Of a stretch of 64,000 nt of DNA, positions 9,028 through 18,891 are shown piece after piece. Every line of letters starts with the position of its first letter. The first letter of the stretch is position 1. A model generated the notes under the pieces. The model ran no database searches. It was not told the DNA's origin and worked only from the letters and a program-made list of their open reading frames with translations. The stretch comes from Oscillibacter sp. (GTDB lineage: Bacteria; Bacillota; Clostridia; Oscillospirales; Oscillospiraceae), in the NCBI GenBank assembly GCA_022791135.1, contig JAAVYM010000020.1, positions 9,038 through 73,037 of the forward strand, read 5' to 3'. A program made the translations under genes and the position numbers.

Positions 9028-10743
9028 TCAGCCGGGTGGAGCGGAGCGGAATTTGTGACGCCGGATGGCGAAGCTGGCGTTCTCCCGGGTGTCCGCCGCC
9101 TTTAGAAAGGCCAAAAGCCCCCAAGCGGACATCATGGCGGAGCCGCCGTTGGAGACGAAGGGGAACGTCACGCCGGTGAGGGGCAGCAAATCCACGGAGC
9201 CGAACACATTCAGGCAGGTCTGAAATACCAGCAGGGACCCGGCGGCGCAGGCCGCCAGGCAGTAAAAGCTGCTTCGGGCCGCCCGGCAGGCCCGGACGGT
9301 AAAAAACGCCAAAGCCACGATGGCCCCCACGGCGAAGAAGGCGACGATCAGCCCCCATTCCTCGCAGAGCATGCCGAAAACCAGGTCCGTGTCCGCTGCC
9401 GGGACCCGGTGGAGCCATCCCTCCCCGGCGCCCATGCCCAAAAGCCCCCCGGAGGCCGCGGCGGACATGGTCCGGGTCTGCTGATAGCCCCGTCCGGAAG
9501 GGTCGGCCCAGGCGTGGCCCCAGGAGGCAAAGCGGCTGAGGATATAAGGCTTAAACTTCACAATGATCCCCGCGCCGAACACCGCCCCGCCGCAGATGAG
9601 GGACAGCGTAGCAAAATCCCCGGACCGCAGATACGCCAGCACCAGGAAGGTCACAAAAAAGACCGCCGCCGTGCCAAAGTCGCTCATCAGCCCCAGCAGG
9701 CCCACACACACCCCGGTAAGGACGATGAACAGCGTCAAATTCCGCCGCCGGAACAGCCGCTCCAAGGTGGCGGACCCGGCAAAAATGTAGCAGATCTTCG
9801 CAATTTCCGAGGGCTGAAAGGACAGCGGCCCAAGGGAGATCCAGTTCACCGCGCCATATTTGGCACTGCCCAGCACCAGCGTAACGGCCAGCAGGCCGAT
9901 GGACAGCGCCGCCATCACCCAGCGGTTCCGCTGCACCCGCCCCAAATCCCGGAGAAACAGGCCCAGGGTCAAAAACAAGGCCAGGCCCAAAACGATGGAC
10001 AGAAGCTGCTTGAAAAGGCTTCCCGGCGCACTGGAGGCGGTGATGGACAGCGACAGCGTAGAAAGGAAAAAAGCGATGGTCTCCATCTCAAAGCCCACGC
10101 ACCGGCTCAGCCGCAAGACCACGGCATAGAGCCACATGACCGCCGTCAGCCCCAGGAAGGCCAGGGGCACGGCAAGAGAGGCCTCCTCCCCGGCAGCAAT
10201 CATCAGCTGCGTGCACGCCAGCAGCTGGAACACCGTCAGCCACAAAAAAGACGGCCACATGGCGGCGGGCCGCTCCGCCCTGCGCTTCTCCTCCAGCTCC
10301 TCCCGCTCCGACACGGTCTGGGGCAGGAACAACAGAGGCACGCCCCCCAGCTCAATGCGGTCCCCTAGGCGGACGGGCGCGGACCCCTCCACCCGTTCTC
10401 CGTTGAGCAAGACCCCTCCCTTGGAGTCCAGATCATAGAGCGTCCACTGCTCGTCCCCGCTGCGGCAGAGGGCGGCGTGCTGCCGGGAGACGCTGGGATA
10501 GTTCAGCCGCACGTCGGCGTTGCGTCCCCGGCCCAGGATATTCTCCCAGTGGGTGAGGGGAATGGAGCCGCCGCCAGGGAGGCTGAGCTGGCCCCAGGTC
10601 TCCGGGGTGTGGGGAATCCGGAGGAGAGAGCGGACCGCCCGCCAGAGGACGGCCCCCGCCAGCACGGGAAAGAGAAAGCGCACAAAGCTGGTGTACCACA
10701 GCCCCACGCTGGGGTACGCCGCCAGCAAATCCGTCAAACTCAT
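9028..10743 (-). CDS. FHA domain-FtsW/RodA/SpoVE (SEDS) fusion protein
   Basis: FHA: LGR..SVSRQHA..DLDSKGG; SEDS: SFQPSEIAK, SDFGT, DTDLVF, PLTGVTFPFVSNGGSA. Confidence 0.92.
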   Translation of the reverse strand: MSLTDLLAAYPSVGLWYTSFVRFLFPVLAGAVLWRAVRSLLRIPHTPETWGQLSLPGGGSIPLTHWENILGRGRNADVRLNYPSVSRQHAALCRSGDEQWTLYDLDSKGGVLLNGERVEGSAPVRLGDRIELGGVPLLFLPQTVSEREELEEKRRAERPAAMWPSFLWLTVFQLLACTQLMIAAGEEASLAVPLAFLGLTAVMWLYAVVLRLSRCVGFEMETIAFFLSTLSLSITASSAPGSLFKQLLSIVLGLALFLTLGLFLRDLGRVQRNRWVMAALSIGLLAVTLVLGSAKYGAVNWISLGPLSFQPSEIAKICYIFAGSATLERLFRRRNLTLFIVLTGVCVGLLGLMSDFGTAAVFFVTFLVLAYLRSGDFATLSLICGGAVFGAGIIVKFKPYILSRFASWGHAWADPSGRGYQQTRTMSAAASGGLLGMGAGEGWLHRVPAADTDLVFGMLCEEWGLIVAFFAVGAIVALAFFTVRACRAARSSFYCLAACAAGSLLVFQTCLNVFGSVDLLPLTGVTFPFVSNGGSAMMSAWGLLAFLKAADTRENASFAIRRHKFRSAPPG

Positions 10744-10937
10744 ACGCGCCGCCTCCTGTTCTCCCTTTGAATTCCAGATTAGCATACCATGCTTTTATGA
10801 AAAAATCTACCAAAACAGGGGAGCATCGCCGGAAATAGTCCCCCGCCCTGGGCCGCGCATCCCGCCGCCGGAAAATTCAAGCTTGCGAAACCGGCCAAAT
10901 GTATAGTATACTAAAATGTGACACAGGGGGTGATTAC

Positions 10938-12014
10938 ATGCGGGCCATTTCTTTATTTTGCGGCGCCGGCGGAATGGATGCCGGCTTCACCGCTGCCGGC
11001 GTGGAGGTTTTGTGGGCCAACGAAATCAATGCCGACGCCGCCGGCACCTACCGCGCCAATCACCCCGGCATCCCCATGCAGTGCGCCGATATCCGGGCGG
11101 TCAAGGGGAGTCTTGCCGCCTTCCGGGAGCAGAATGTGGGCCTGGTCTTCGGCGGCCCGCCCTGCCAGGGCTTCTCCGTGGCCGGGAAGATGGACCCGGA
11201 CGACGAGCGGAGCACGCTGATCTGGGAGTTTTTGGATGTGGTGGAAATGGTCGCCCCCCGACTGTTCGTCATGGAAAACGTTAAGGCCCTGGACACCCTG
11301 ACCCGGTGGGAAAACGTCCGCCGGGGCATCTTCCAGCGGGCGGCGGAGCTGGGGTACGCCTGCTTCAGCCGCGTGGTCAACGCCTCCGATTTCGGCATCC
11401 CGCAAAAGCGGGAGCGCGTGTTCTTCATCGGCGTTGGAGGCGGCGTCCAGCCCACTGCCGCCGCCGGGCTTTTCGACGCGCTCCTGACCGCCCGGCGCCG
11501 CCTCCCTCCGAACCTGCGGCAGTGCCTGTTGTCGGTGGGCCGGGCGGGCAGTCCGGAAAACCCCCTGACCTGTACCGCAAAAATCTCTCTGGCCAGCAAC
11601 CCCGTGGTGAGGCGCTCTCCTTACGCCGGCATGCTGTTTAACGGCATGGGCCGCCCCATGAACCTCGACGAGCTGGCCAATACGCTCCCCGCCTCCATGG
11701 GCGGCAACAAAACGCCCATCGTTGACGAGCGGCTCCTCCGGGACCCGGGCGCGGAAAACTGGATCGCAGCCTACCACCAAAGGCTCCTGTCCGGCGGCGC
11801 GCCGGACCCGACCCTCCCGGTCCCGCCGCACCTCCGGCGGCTGACCATCCGGGAAGCGGCGGCTATTCAGAACTTCCCGCCGGATTACGCCTTCTGCGGG
11901 GAGAAATCTGCCATCTACCGTCAGATTGGCAACGCCGTCCCCTGTGGCCTGGCCCAGGCCGTCGCCGGGGCGGTTCTGGAACTGGAGCGCGAAATTTTGA
12001 GGATTGCCGTTTAG
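10938..12014 (+). CDS. DNA (cytosine-5)-methyltransferase of a type II R-M system
   Basis: Motifs LFCGAGG, GGPPCQGFS, MENV, QKRER, RRLTIREAAAIQNFP, YRQIGNAVP. Confidence 0.97.
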   Translation: MRAISLFCGAGGMDAGFTAAGVEVLWANEINADAAGTYRANHPGIPMQCADIRAVKGSLAAFREQNVGLVFGGPPCQGFSVAGKMDPDDERSTLIWEFLDVVEMVAPRLFVMENVKALDTLTRWENVRRGIFQRAAELGYACFSRVVNASDFGIPQKRERVFFIGVGGGVQPTAAAGLFDALLTARRRLPPNLRQCLLSVGRAGSPENPLTCTAKISLASNPVVRRSPYAGMLFNGMGRPMNLDELANTLPASMGGNKTPIVDERLLRDPGAENWIAAYHQRLLSGGAPDPTLPVPPHLRRLTIREAAAIQNFPPDYAFCGEKSAIYRQIGNAVPCGLAQAVAGAVLELEREILRIAV

Positions 12015-12028
12015 GCGATCCTCGTTCT

Positions 12029-13111
12029 TTATGCACGGATTGCCGTTTGCAGCGCATCGTTCCAGGCAGTTTTTACCGCGGCGGGGACCTCCGGCTTTTG
12101 CAGGAGGGAGAGCATGACGTCCATAAATACCGCGCGCGTTCCCGCGTCCCCGGCGAGGAAGACCGACACGGCCAGGTTGCCCAGCTTCACGAAGTTGATG
12201 TCGTACCCCTGGGCGAAGTAGAGCTTCGCGGCCTCATACGCACCGTCGGATGGCGCTGCGGCGGTGTAGACAAACAGGTAATCCGACACGCCGCTTGTGG
12301 AAATCTTGGTGTGAAAGGTGGTCATGACCCGGGTTTCCTCGATGGGGCGCTCGGTGACCTCAATGGCCTTAAAAATCCGCCCTTCCTTATAAATGGTGAT
12401 GTCCCCCGGCGCGCCGGTGGCGCCGTCGGCAGCGTTGATCCCCTGGCGCTCGATCCGCCAGCCGCAGTCAAACTGCCGGTTCAGCGTTTCAAAGACCGCC
12501 TCCGTCAGCAGCATGGGAATCAGCCCCCCGCTCTGGTTGTGCAGCAGCGCGCCCAGGAAGACCCGGTACTGCTCCACGCTCATCCGCGTGACGGAGGCCA
12601 GCTGAATCACAGACCTCTCCCGGAGTTCCATGAATTTTTGCAGCAAGCAGAGCACCGGCCATCTCGCCTCCCCGCCCCGGGCGCCCTCAATGACGTCCAG
12701 CACCGTCAGCATGGCGTCATAGCCCGCCTGGTCCCGCAGTCCCGCCCGGGCAGAGACGTCCAGGCGCACGTTCCGGCGGAAGGTGGCCAGGTACGGCCCC
12801 TTGGAGCAGGGGATCTGCCGGGACATCAGGAAGGGATTCACCACCTGTTCATCCAGGCTTCTCCCGTTGAAGGCGTCCGGCCCCTGCTTGACGTAAGGCA
12901 GGCGGATGTTGACCCCCGGGCACAGCCAGTGGGCCAGGGCGCAGCCCAGCAGCACCTCCCGGTATGACTGGGTCTTGGAGGCGAACACCGCGCCGAAGGC
13001 CGCCTCGTGGTCTTGGAGCAGGCGCAGGGCCTCCGGCGGCAGGCCCCGGGCCGTTTCGGCGAAGCAGGCGTCCAGCTTGTCCCTCGCCGCGGCATAGTCT
13101 AAAACAGGCAT
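12029..13111 (-). CDS. Type II restriction endonuclease, probably SacI family
   Basis: Convergent with the MTase, downstream of a C protein; PD-(D/E)xK-like GAPGDI..AIEVT; family recognised by eye only. Confidence 0.75.
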   Translation of the reverse strand: MPVLDYAAARDKLDACFAETARGLPPEALRLLQDHEAAFGAVFASKTQSYREVLLGCALAHWLCPGVNIRLPYVKQGPDAFNGRSLDEQVVNPFLMSRQIPCSKGPYLATFRRNVRLDVSARAGLRDQAGYDAMLTVLDVIEGARGGEARWPVLCLLQKFMELRERSVIQLASVTRMSVEQYRVFLGALLHNQSGGLIPMLLTEAVFETLNRQFDCGWRIERQGINAADGATGAPGDITIYKEGRIFKAIEVTERPIEETRVMTTFHTKISTSGVSDYLFVYTAAAPSDGAYEAAKLYFAQGYDINFVKLGNLAVSVFLAGDAGTRAVFMDVMLSLLQKPEVPAAVKTAWNDALQTAIRA

Positions 13112-13123
13112 CCGGCCGCCTCC

Positions 13124-13375
13124 TTACATCCGCTCCGTGGGTTCCTCGGTGAGGAAGAGGCGGAACGGCTCTACATGCAGCGCTCTTGCCAGGATTCCCA
13201 CCTTGTCCAAAGTGATATTCCTCCGGCTGTTTTCCACATCGCTGATATAGGACCGGTTTGCCAGTGCATCCTCTTGCGCAATCATGGAGCATTCTTCCGC
13301 CAGCCGGTCCTGGCTGTAGCCCAGCCTGCGCCGGTAGAGCCGCACATTTTTTGCCAGCAGCGTATGGATTTTCAT
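13124..13375 (-). CDS. XRE-family controller (C) protein of the R-M system
   Basis: SQDRLAE..RSYISDVENSRRNITL HTH; directly upstream of and co-oriented with the REase; AAGGAGG RBS. Confidence 0.88.
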   Translation of the reverse strand: MKIHTLLAKNVRLYRRRLGYSQDRLAEECSMIAQEDALANRSYISDVENSRRNITLDKVGILARALHVEPFRLFLTEEPTERM

Positions 13376-13436
13376 ATAGCTCCCTCCTTCATAAAGATTA
13401 CCGGCATCATACCATATATTCTTTTACGAGGCAACT

Positions 13437-13465
13437 ACTTATTCGGAACAATATCACGAATAAGT
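13437..13465. promoter_or_regulatory. Putative C-box operator (inverted repeat)
   Basis: ACTTATTCG-N11-CGAATAAGT about 60 bp upstream of the C gene start. Confidence 0.65.
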
Positions 13466-13592
13466 GTCAGCCCCGTAAATCAGTTTTGCGCTTCCCCTTG
13501 CAAAAGCTCCCTGCCTATAGTATAATGCCTCTGCACAAACCTGCGGGGCAGAACCCCGCCGCCCCAGCGATTTCATTGATAGGAGGTGCCCC

Positions 13593-14462
13593 ATGCGCTT
13601 CACGCTGTCCAACGCTTCTGTTGAAGCCGCCGTCCAGACCGAGGGCGGCGAGCTGGTTTCCCTGCGGGACCTGTCCGGCACGGAGTACATCTGGCAGGGT
13701 GATCCCGCCTTCTGGTCCGGCCAAAACCCCATCCTTTTTCCCATCGTGGGCAGCTTGAAAGGCGGCCGGGTGGACATCGGCGGCAAAACCTTCGAGATGG
13801 CCCGCCACGGCTTTGCCCGCCGCTGCGATTTCACCGCCGTGGACCAGGGGAGGGACTTCCTCGTCCTGGAGCTGCGGGAAAGCCCCGAGACCCTGGCCCG
13901 CTATCCCTTCCCCTTTGTTCTCCGGGTCCGGCACCAGCTTCTGGACAACGGATTTTCCACCGCCTTCACCGTGGAAAACCCCAGTCAGACTTCCCTGCCC
14001 TTCTGCATTGGCGCCCACACCGCCATCCGCTGTCCCCTCCTTGGCGGCGAGACTTTTGAGGACTACGAGCTGGTTTTTGACTGTCCCGAGGACGCGGATA
14101 CCCTCCTCCTCACCTCCCAGGGCCTCCTCCGGGACGGCTCGGAGTCCATGCTCCGCGGCGGGACGGTCCGCCTGGACTACGCCGTCTTCCAGCGCCTGGA
14201 CACTTTGATTTTCCAGGGTCTCCGCTCCCGGCGGGCCGCCCTGCGCCACAGGGAAACCGGCCGGGGCGTCTCCTTGGACTTCCACGAGTTTCCCATGGTT
14301 GCCTTCTGGACGAAGCCCGGCGCGCCCTTTCTCTGCATGGAACCCTGGCACGGCTGCGCCGCCTTTGAAAACGAGTCCGGCCGCTTCCAGGACAAGCCCC
14401 ACGTCCTCACCCTGGCCCCCGGCGAGAAGAGGGAGCTGGCCTACGCTTTCACCCTGCTCTGA
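13593..14462 (+). CDS. Aldose 1-epimerase family protein (LacX-like)
   Basis: YIWQGDPAFW..PILFPIVG, HGFAR, YPFPF, CMEPWHG. Confidence 0.9.
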   Translation: MRFTLSNASVEAAVQTEGGELVSLRDLSGTEYIWQGDPAFWSGQNPILFPIVGSLKGGRVDIGGKTFEMARHGFARRCDFTAVDQGRDFLVLELRESPETLARYPFPFVLRVRHQLLDNGFSTAFTVENPSQTSLPFCIGAHTAIRCPLLGGETFEDYELVFDCPEDADTLLLTSQGLLRDGSESMLRGGTVRLDYAVFQRLDTLIFQGLRSRRAALRHRETGRGVSLDFHEFPMVAFWTKPGAPFLCMEPWHGCAAFENESGRFQDKPHVLTLAPGEKRELAYAFTLL

Positions 14463-14508
14463 GAAAACGGAAAAGCCCTCCGGCAGACATCTGCCGGAGA
14501 GCTTTTTT

Positions 14509-16080
14509 CTATTCGGAGGAGAGGCCCTCCTTGACCCGCATCTCCAAAAAGTAATGCTCTCGCTCTAAATCCAGCTCCACGGCCGTCACGCCGCCGTCCA
14601 AATCAAAGCCGTAGTCCTGCCCGGTGATCTCCACGTTCTCCGTGTTCATCAACGCAGCGCTCTGCCGGGTGAAGCGCAGGGAGGACCCCAGCCGGGTCAT
14701 CAGGTCATAGCCTTGAAGTCCCTCGTTCCCCGAGCCGGCGCAGGCGAAGTCATAGCTGGGCGTTTTCCACAGCCCGCACTCCACCTGGACGCTTCCCCCG
14801 GCGGGGACCGTCACCGGAAAGCTGAGATACAGCACCCGGTCATGGGTCATAGTCTCGCTGAGAATGTCGTCCAGCCGCCCGTCGGCATAGCGGTCCACGG
14901 GCGCGCCGGAGAGGGCGCCGTACTGGGCCATCAGCTCTGCGACCGCCCCCCGGTACAGCCGGTAGGGAACCATGTCAAAGGCGTTTTCCCGCCCCGCCCG
15001 GTTTTGGGTATACCGCTCGCGGTGGTAGCGGCAGAGGCGGTCCAGCACCGCGTCCAGCGTGGTCTCACTCCGGACCACCGCGCAGGAGACCCCCTCGATT
15101 TCCTCGCCCCGGCCGCATCCGCCATCCTCGTAGCCCTGAAGCCCATAGGCCCCGATATCCTCCCCCAGCACCACCAGCAGCTTCAAGTCCGGCTCGTTGC
15201 GCATGCCGTCGGGTACAAAGTAGCTGTAGCGCCGGAAACCCTCGCCGCACTCCATGCCATTGAAGCCGTAGGTGAAGATCGTCGTCTCCTCCTCATCAAT
15301 ATGGATGGAAACAGCCTGGGTCGCCGCCGGGTACGTCTCGTGAGGGGCCGCAAAATCCGAGAACTCGTACACCACCGCCGGGATATCCAGGACCGGATAG
15401 TCCCCCAGAGCCTGCTCCAAATAAGCCCCGCTGCCCAGCAGAGCCTGGTACCCCTCCCAGCTGCTCAGGCCATCCAGGTTCATGGTGTCCGGGATCTCGG
15501 CTCCGAAGGTACTCTGGAACCCGCCGGAGTAAGCCCCGGCGTAGAGCGTGGTTTCCACGGCCCCGCCGTCCGCCGCCGCATGGGGCCGGATCTCCGTCAG
15601 GCTGTCGAAGGACCCGGTAAAGGGATACAGCGCCGTCACGGCAATGACCTCCTCCGTGGAGTTGTGCAGGGTGTAGGAATCCGTCACCTCCGCCCCCCAC
15701 TGCCGGGGTTCCCCGTCGGGATAGGCTCCCGGGGCAAAATCCCAAATGACCTCCCGTTCCGCCGTCAGGCCTGTGGAATCCTCCGCCGTGGTCAGGGGCA
15801 GCACCGACCCGCCGTAGGACATAAAGGAGACTCCCCCTTCTCCCCCGGCGGCAGCATTGCCGCTAGCTCCGCCGCTGTCGCCGGGGGCCGCGCCGCCGGA
15901 CATGCCGTAGCCCTTGAATCCGCCGCCGGCCAGCCAGGGAACGCCCAGCCCTGCGATCAGTGCCAGGCAGGCCGCCGCCGCGGCCCAGCGCCGCCAGGTC
16001 CCCCGCCGGGCCTCCAGGGCCTCCTCCACCAGTGCCGGGTCCGCCATGCCCAGCACCCGGAACAGCCGCTCCGCCTTCAT
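14509..16080 (-). CDS. Putative anti-sigma factor / single-TM protein with large acidic extracytoplasmic domain
   Basis: Start MKAERLFRVLG overlaps the sigma stop; DPALVEEA..RWAAAAACLAL N-terminus typical of ECF-associated proteins. Confidence 0.75.
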   Translation of the reverse strand: MKAERLFRVLGMADPALVEEALEARRGTWRRWAAAAACLALIAGLGVPWLAGGGFKGYGMSGGAAPGDSGGASGNAAAGGEGGVSFMSYGGSVLPLTTAEDSTGLTAEREVIWDFAPGAYPDGEPRQWGAEVTDSYTLHNSTEEVIAVTALYPFTGSFDSLTEIRPHAAADGGAVETTLYAGAYSGGFQSTFGAEIPDTMNLDGLSSWEGYQALLGSGAYLEQALGDYPVLDIPAVVYEFSDFAAPHETYPAATQAVSIHIDEEETTIFTYGFNGMECGEGFRRYSYFVPDGMRNEPDLKLLVVLGEDIGAYGLQGYEDGGCGRGEEIEGVSCAVVRSETTLDAVLDRLCRYHRERYTQNRAGRENAFDMVPYRLYRGAVAELMAQYGALSGAPVDRYADGRLDDILSETMTHDRVLYLSFPVTVPAGGSVQVECGLWKTPSYDFACAGSGNEGLQGYDLMTRLGSSLRFTRQSAALMNTENVEITGQDYGFDLDGGVTAVELDLEREHYFLEMRVKEGLSSE

Positions 16081-16634
16081 AATCCGATCCCCTCCCTTTC
16101 CAAAAATGCCCGCAGGGCTCCCCGGCTCCGGAAGAGGGAGGACTTCACCTTCCCCTCCCCGCAGCCCAGGGCCCTGGCGACTTCCGCCACGCTCTGGCCG
16201 TACCAGTACCGCCGGAGGAAGATGCTCCGGCCCTCCCGGCTGAGGCCCCGGAGGAAGCCGTTCAGCGCCTCTGCCAGCTCCCAGTCCTCCACCGTCCGCA
16301 CCGCGCCGCCGCCGGCGGGCACGCAGTCCTCCAGCTCGCCCAGCAGCGCCTCCGCGCCTCCGCCACGCTTTTCCGCCCGGCGCCGCTTCCACAGGTCCAG
16401 GGACAAATTCCGCGTAATCTGTCCCAGCCAGGCCCGAAACGCCCTGGGCCGGGCGGGGGGAATGGCGTCCCAGGCCCGGAGATAGGTGTCGTTGACGCAC
16501 TCCTCCGCGTCCTCCCGGCTTTGCAGCAGGTTCCAGGCGATGCCGCCCAGCAGCTTTCCATACTTCCCGTCGGTCTCCTGAATGGCCCTCTGGTCCCGGC
16601 TCCAATACAGGTCGATGATCTGTCCGTCCTCCAC
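16077..16634 (-). CDS. ECF sigma-70 family factor
   Basis: DAEECVNDTYLRAW, region 4 IFLRRYWYGQSVAEVA..VKSSLFR; GTG start after GGAGG. Confidence 0.93.
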   Translation of the reverse strand: MEDGQIIDLYWSRDQRAIQETDGKYGKLLGGIAWNLLQSREDAEECVNDTYLRAWDAIPPARPRAFRAWLGQITRNLSLDLWKRRRAEKRGGGAEALLGELEDCVPAGGGAVRTVEDWELAEALNGFLRGLSREGRSIFLRRYWYGQSVAEVARALGCGEGKVKSSLFRSRGALRAFLEREGIGL

Positions 16635-16666
16635 GGCCTCCGCCTCCTCTCCTGTTCTCTGCCTGT

Positions 16667-16695
16667 TTAGACGACAAAACTCCGCCTCCGGTTTC
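16667..16695 (-). promoter_or_regulatory. Putative autoregulatory ECF promoter
   Basis: Minus strand GAAAC-N17-CGTCTAA immediately upstream of the sigma gene. Confidence 0.6.
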
Positions 16696-16750
16696 GTCCC
16701 GGGCAAAAATTTTGACCCCGGGGGGGAAGCCGCCCCCGGGGCCGATGTTC

Positions 16751-18250
16751 TCAGGAGGCCAGCAGCCCCCGATCCGCCAGGAATTCCCGGGCCACGTCGT
16801 CCACGGCCCGCTTTTCCACGTCCACCTGATAGGTCATCTCCACCATATCCTCGTTGGAGATCTGGCCTGCCAGGAGGTTCAGCACCCCATCCAGGCCGGG
16901 GAACCGCTCCAGCGTATCCTGACGCAGGAGGAAGGCCCCGTTGTACTCCGGGAAAAAGCCCAGATCGTCCTCCAGCACCCGAAGGCCCGCCTTGCGGTTC
17001 AATCCGTCGGTGGCGTAGACCACGGTGACGTCGAAACTGCCTTTCTCGGCGGCGGCGTACTTGAGGCTCACGTCCACGGACAGCGTATCCTTAAACTTCA
17101 GCCCGTAAAACTGCGTGAAGGGGCCGAACTTCATGCTGCCTTCCTGGGTGAAGAACTCGTGCTCCGCGCCGAAGACCAGGTCCCCAGCCACGGGGATCAG
17201 GTCGCTGACATTTCCGCCAACCTCGCCTGCACGCCCGGTCAGGGCGATGGCGTAGGTGTTGTCAAAGCCCAGCTTCTCCAGCAGCTGCAGCTGATGCCGC
17301 TCCCTGCCCACCCGGTTGGCAAAGCTGTAGAGGGTCTCCCCCTCCGGCACGTCGGTGGGGTCCATCTGGAGGAAGGTGGTCAGCAGCGTCCCGTCGTAGG
17401 AGATCATCATATCGCAGGTGTGTCCATCGCCGATGAGGGCCTTGAAGTTGTTCACCTGGGACATCTGATCCTGAATGGTGACGGTGTAATCCGTCCGGTC
17501 CTCCACCAGGATCTTGGCCATATGGTGCATAATCTGGGTCTCGCTGTAGTCCCCGTCGTAGAGGAGCAGCTCCCCCTCTCCCACGGAACTGCGCCCATAG
17601 GGCAGCAGCAGCACAAAGGCTGCCAGCACCGCCGCCACCGGGACCCACATGGCCCGTTTCCCGCCCCGTTTCCGGGTGTTTTTCTCAAACCAGCCCATCA
17701 ACAGGTCCAGCGCCACGGAAATAACCATCAGCGCCCCGGTGCCCGAGAGGATCAAGCCCATGTCCTGGACCCGGATGCCCCGGTTGATGACGCTGCCCAG
17801 GCCCCCGCCGCCCACAAAGGCCGCGAATACCGCCGTACCGATGGCGTTGACCACGGCGATGCGGATACCGGTGAACACCGTGGGGAAGGCCAAAGGGAAC
17901 TCCACCAGCAGCGTCCGGTAGGCCCGGCTCATGCCCATGCCCCGAGCGGCCTCCTTCACGCCGGGATCCACCTCCTGAAGCCCCAGGCAGGTGTTGCGCA
18001 CGATGGGCAGCAGGGAGTACAGCGTGATGCCGGTGATCACCGTCACCTTGCCGGGGTCCAGCACCACCATGATGATGCCCAGCAGCGCCAGGGCGGGGAT
18101 GGTCTGCAAAATGTCCACCACCCGCAAAATCACGGCCCGGACCTTGGGGAAGAGATAGGCCAGAATGCCCAGGGGCAGACCCAGGCAGATGGACAATATG
18201 CTTGCCGCCAGCACGATGAACAGATGCTCGCACACCAGCGCCCAGCTCAT
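16751..18250 (-). CDS. Osmoprotectant ABC transporter permease fused to substrate-binding domain (OpuC/OpuB-like)
   Basis: QTIPALAL, EAARGMGMS, GFDNTYAIA, YATDG, FFPEY. Confidence 0.92.
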   Translation of the reverse strand: MSWALVCEHLFIVLAASILSICLGLPLGILAYLFPKVRAVILRVVDILQTIPALALLGIIMVVLDPGKVTVITGITLYSLLPIVRNTCLGLQEVDPGVKEAARGMGMSRAYRTLLVEFPLAFPTVFTGIRIAVVNAIGTAVFAAFVGGGGLGSVINRGIRVQDMGLILSGTGALMVISVALDLLMGWFEKNTRKRGGKRAMWVPVAAVLAAFVLLLPYGRSSVGEGELLLYDGDYSETQIMHHMAKILVEDRTDYTVTIQDQMSQVNNFKALIGDGHTCDMMISYDGTLLTTFLQMDPTDVPEGETLYSFANRVGRERHQLQLLEKLGFDNTYAIALTGRAGEVGGNVSDLIPVAGDLVFGAEHEFFTQEGSMKFGPFTQFYGLKFKDTLSVDVSLKYAAAEKGSFDVTVVYATDGLNRKAGLRVLEDDLGFFPEYNGAFLLRQDTLERFPGLDGVLNLLAGQISNEDMVEMTYQVDVEKRAVDDVAREFLADRGLLAS

Positions 18251-18891
18251 TTGCCCACCCCCTTCCGCAGTCCCCGGGGCATGACGTGCTTTTGCAGCAC
18301 GTCAATCAGCGCCCCGATGACGATGGCCAGCACCGCCGCCGGGATGGCCCCCAATAAAATCAGCGTATTGTTGTTGGAGGTGGTGCCCTGGTAAATGAAG
18401 TCCCCCAGGCCCCCCTGGCCGATCATGGCGGCCAGCACCGCCCAGGAGACGGTGTAGACCGCAGACATCCGAAGCCCCGCCACAATGGTTGGCATAGCCA
18501 GGGGCAGCTCCACCTTTCCCAGCGTCTGCAGGCGGGACATGCCGCAGCCCTTGGCCGCCTCGACGTACTTCGGCTCCACGCCCAGAATGCCGGTATAGGT
18601 GTTTTTCAACACCGGGAACATGGCATACACAGACAAGGAGACCACCACCGTGGCCGGGACCATGCCCAGGGCCATGAACAAAAGCCCGATGAACACCAGC
18701 CCGGGAATGGTCTGGAACACGGACAGCACCGGCATCACCAGATTGGACACCCGCCGGGGCAGGCGGGAGAGGACAATGCCCAGCCCCAGCCCCAGTGCAA
18801 AACCAAAAGCCACAGATACCAGCACATACGCCGTATGTACCCCCACGGCTTTGAGCAGCGGCCCGCCGTAGGCCGACAGCAGCGCCCTCAT
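18247..18891 (-). CDS. Osmoprotectant ABC transporter permease
   Basis: QTIPGL, EAAKGCGM, VELPLAMP. Confidence 0.92.
   Translation of the reverse strand: MRALLSAYGGPLLKAVGVHTAYVLVSVAFGFALGLGLGIVLSRLPRRVSNLVMPVLSVFQTIPGLVFIGLLFMALGMVPATVVVSLSVYAMFPVLKNTYTGILGVEPKYVEAAKGCGMSRLQTLGKVELPLAMPTIVAGLRMSAVYTVSWAVLAAMIGQGGLGDFIYQGTTSNNNTLILLGAIPAAVLAIVIGALIDVLQKHVMPRGLRKGVGK

Noticed and set aside
14509-16677. 722-aa ORF overlapping the ECF sigma gene
   Set aside because: The first 199 residues are an alternative-frame run through the sigma gene; the likely start is 16080 after a GGAGGGG RBS.
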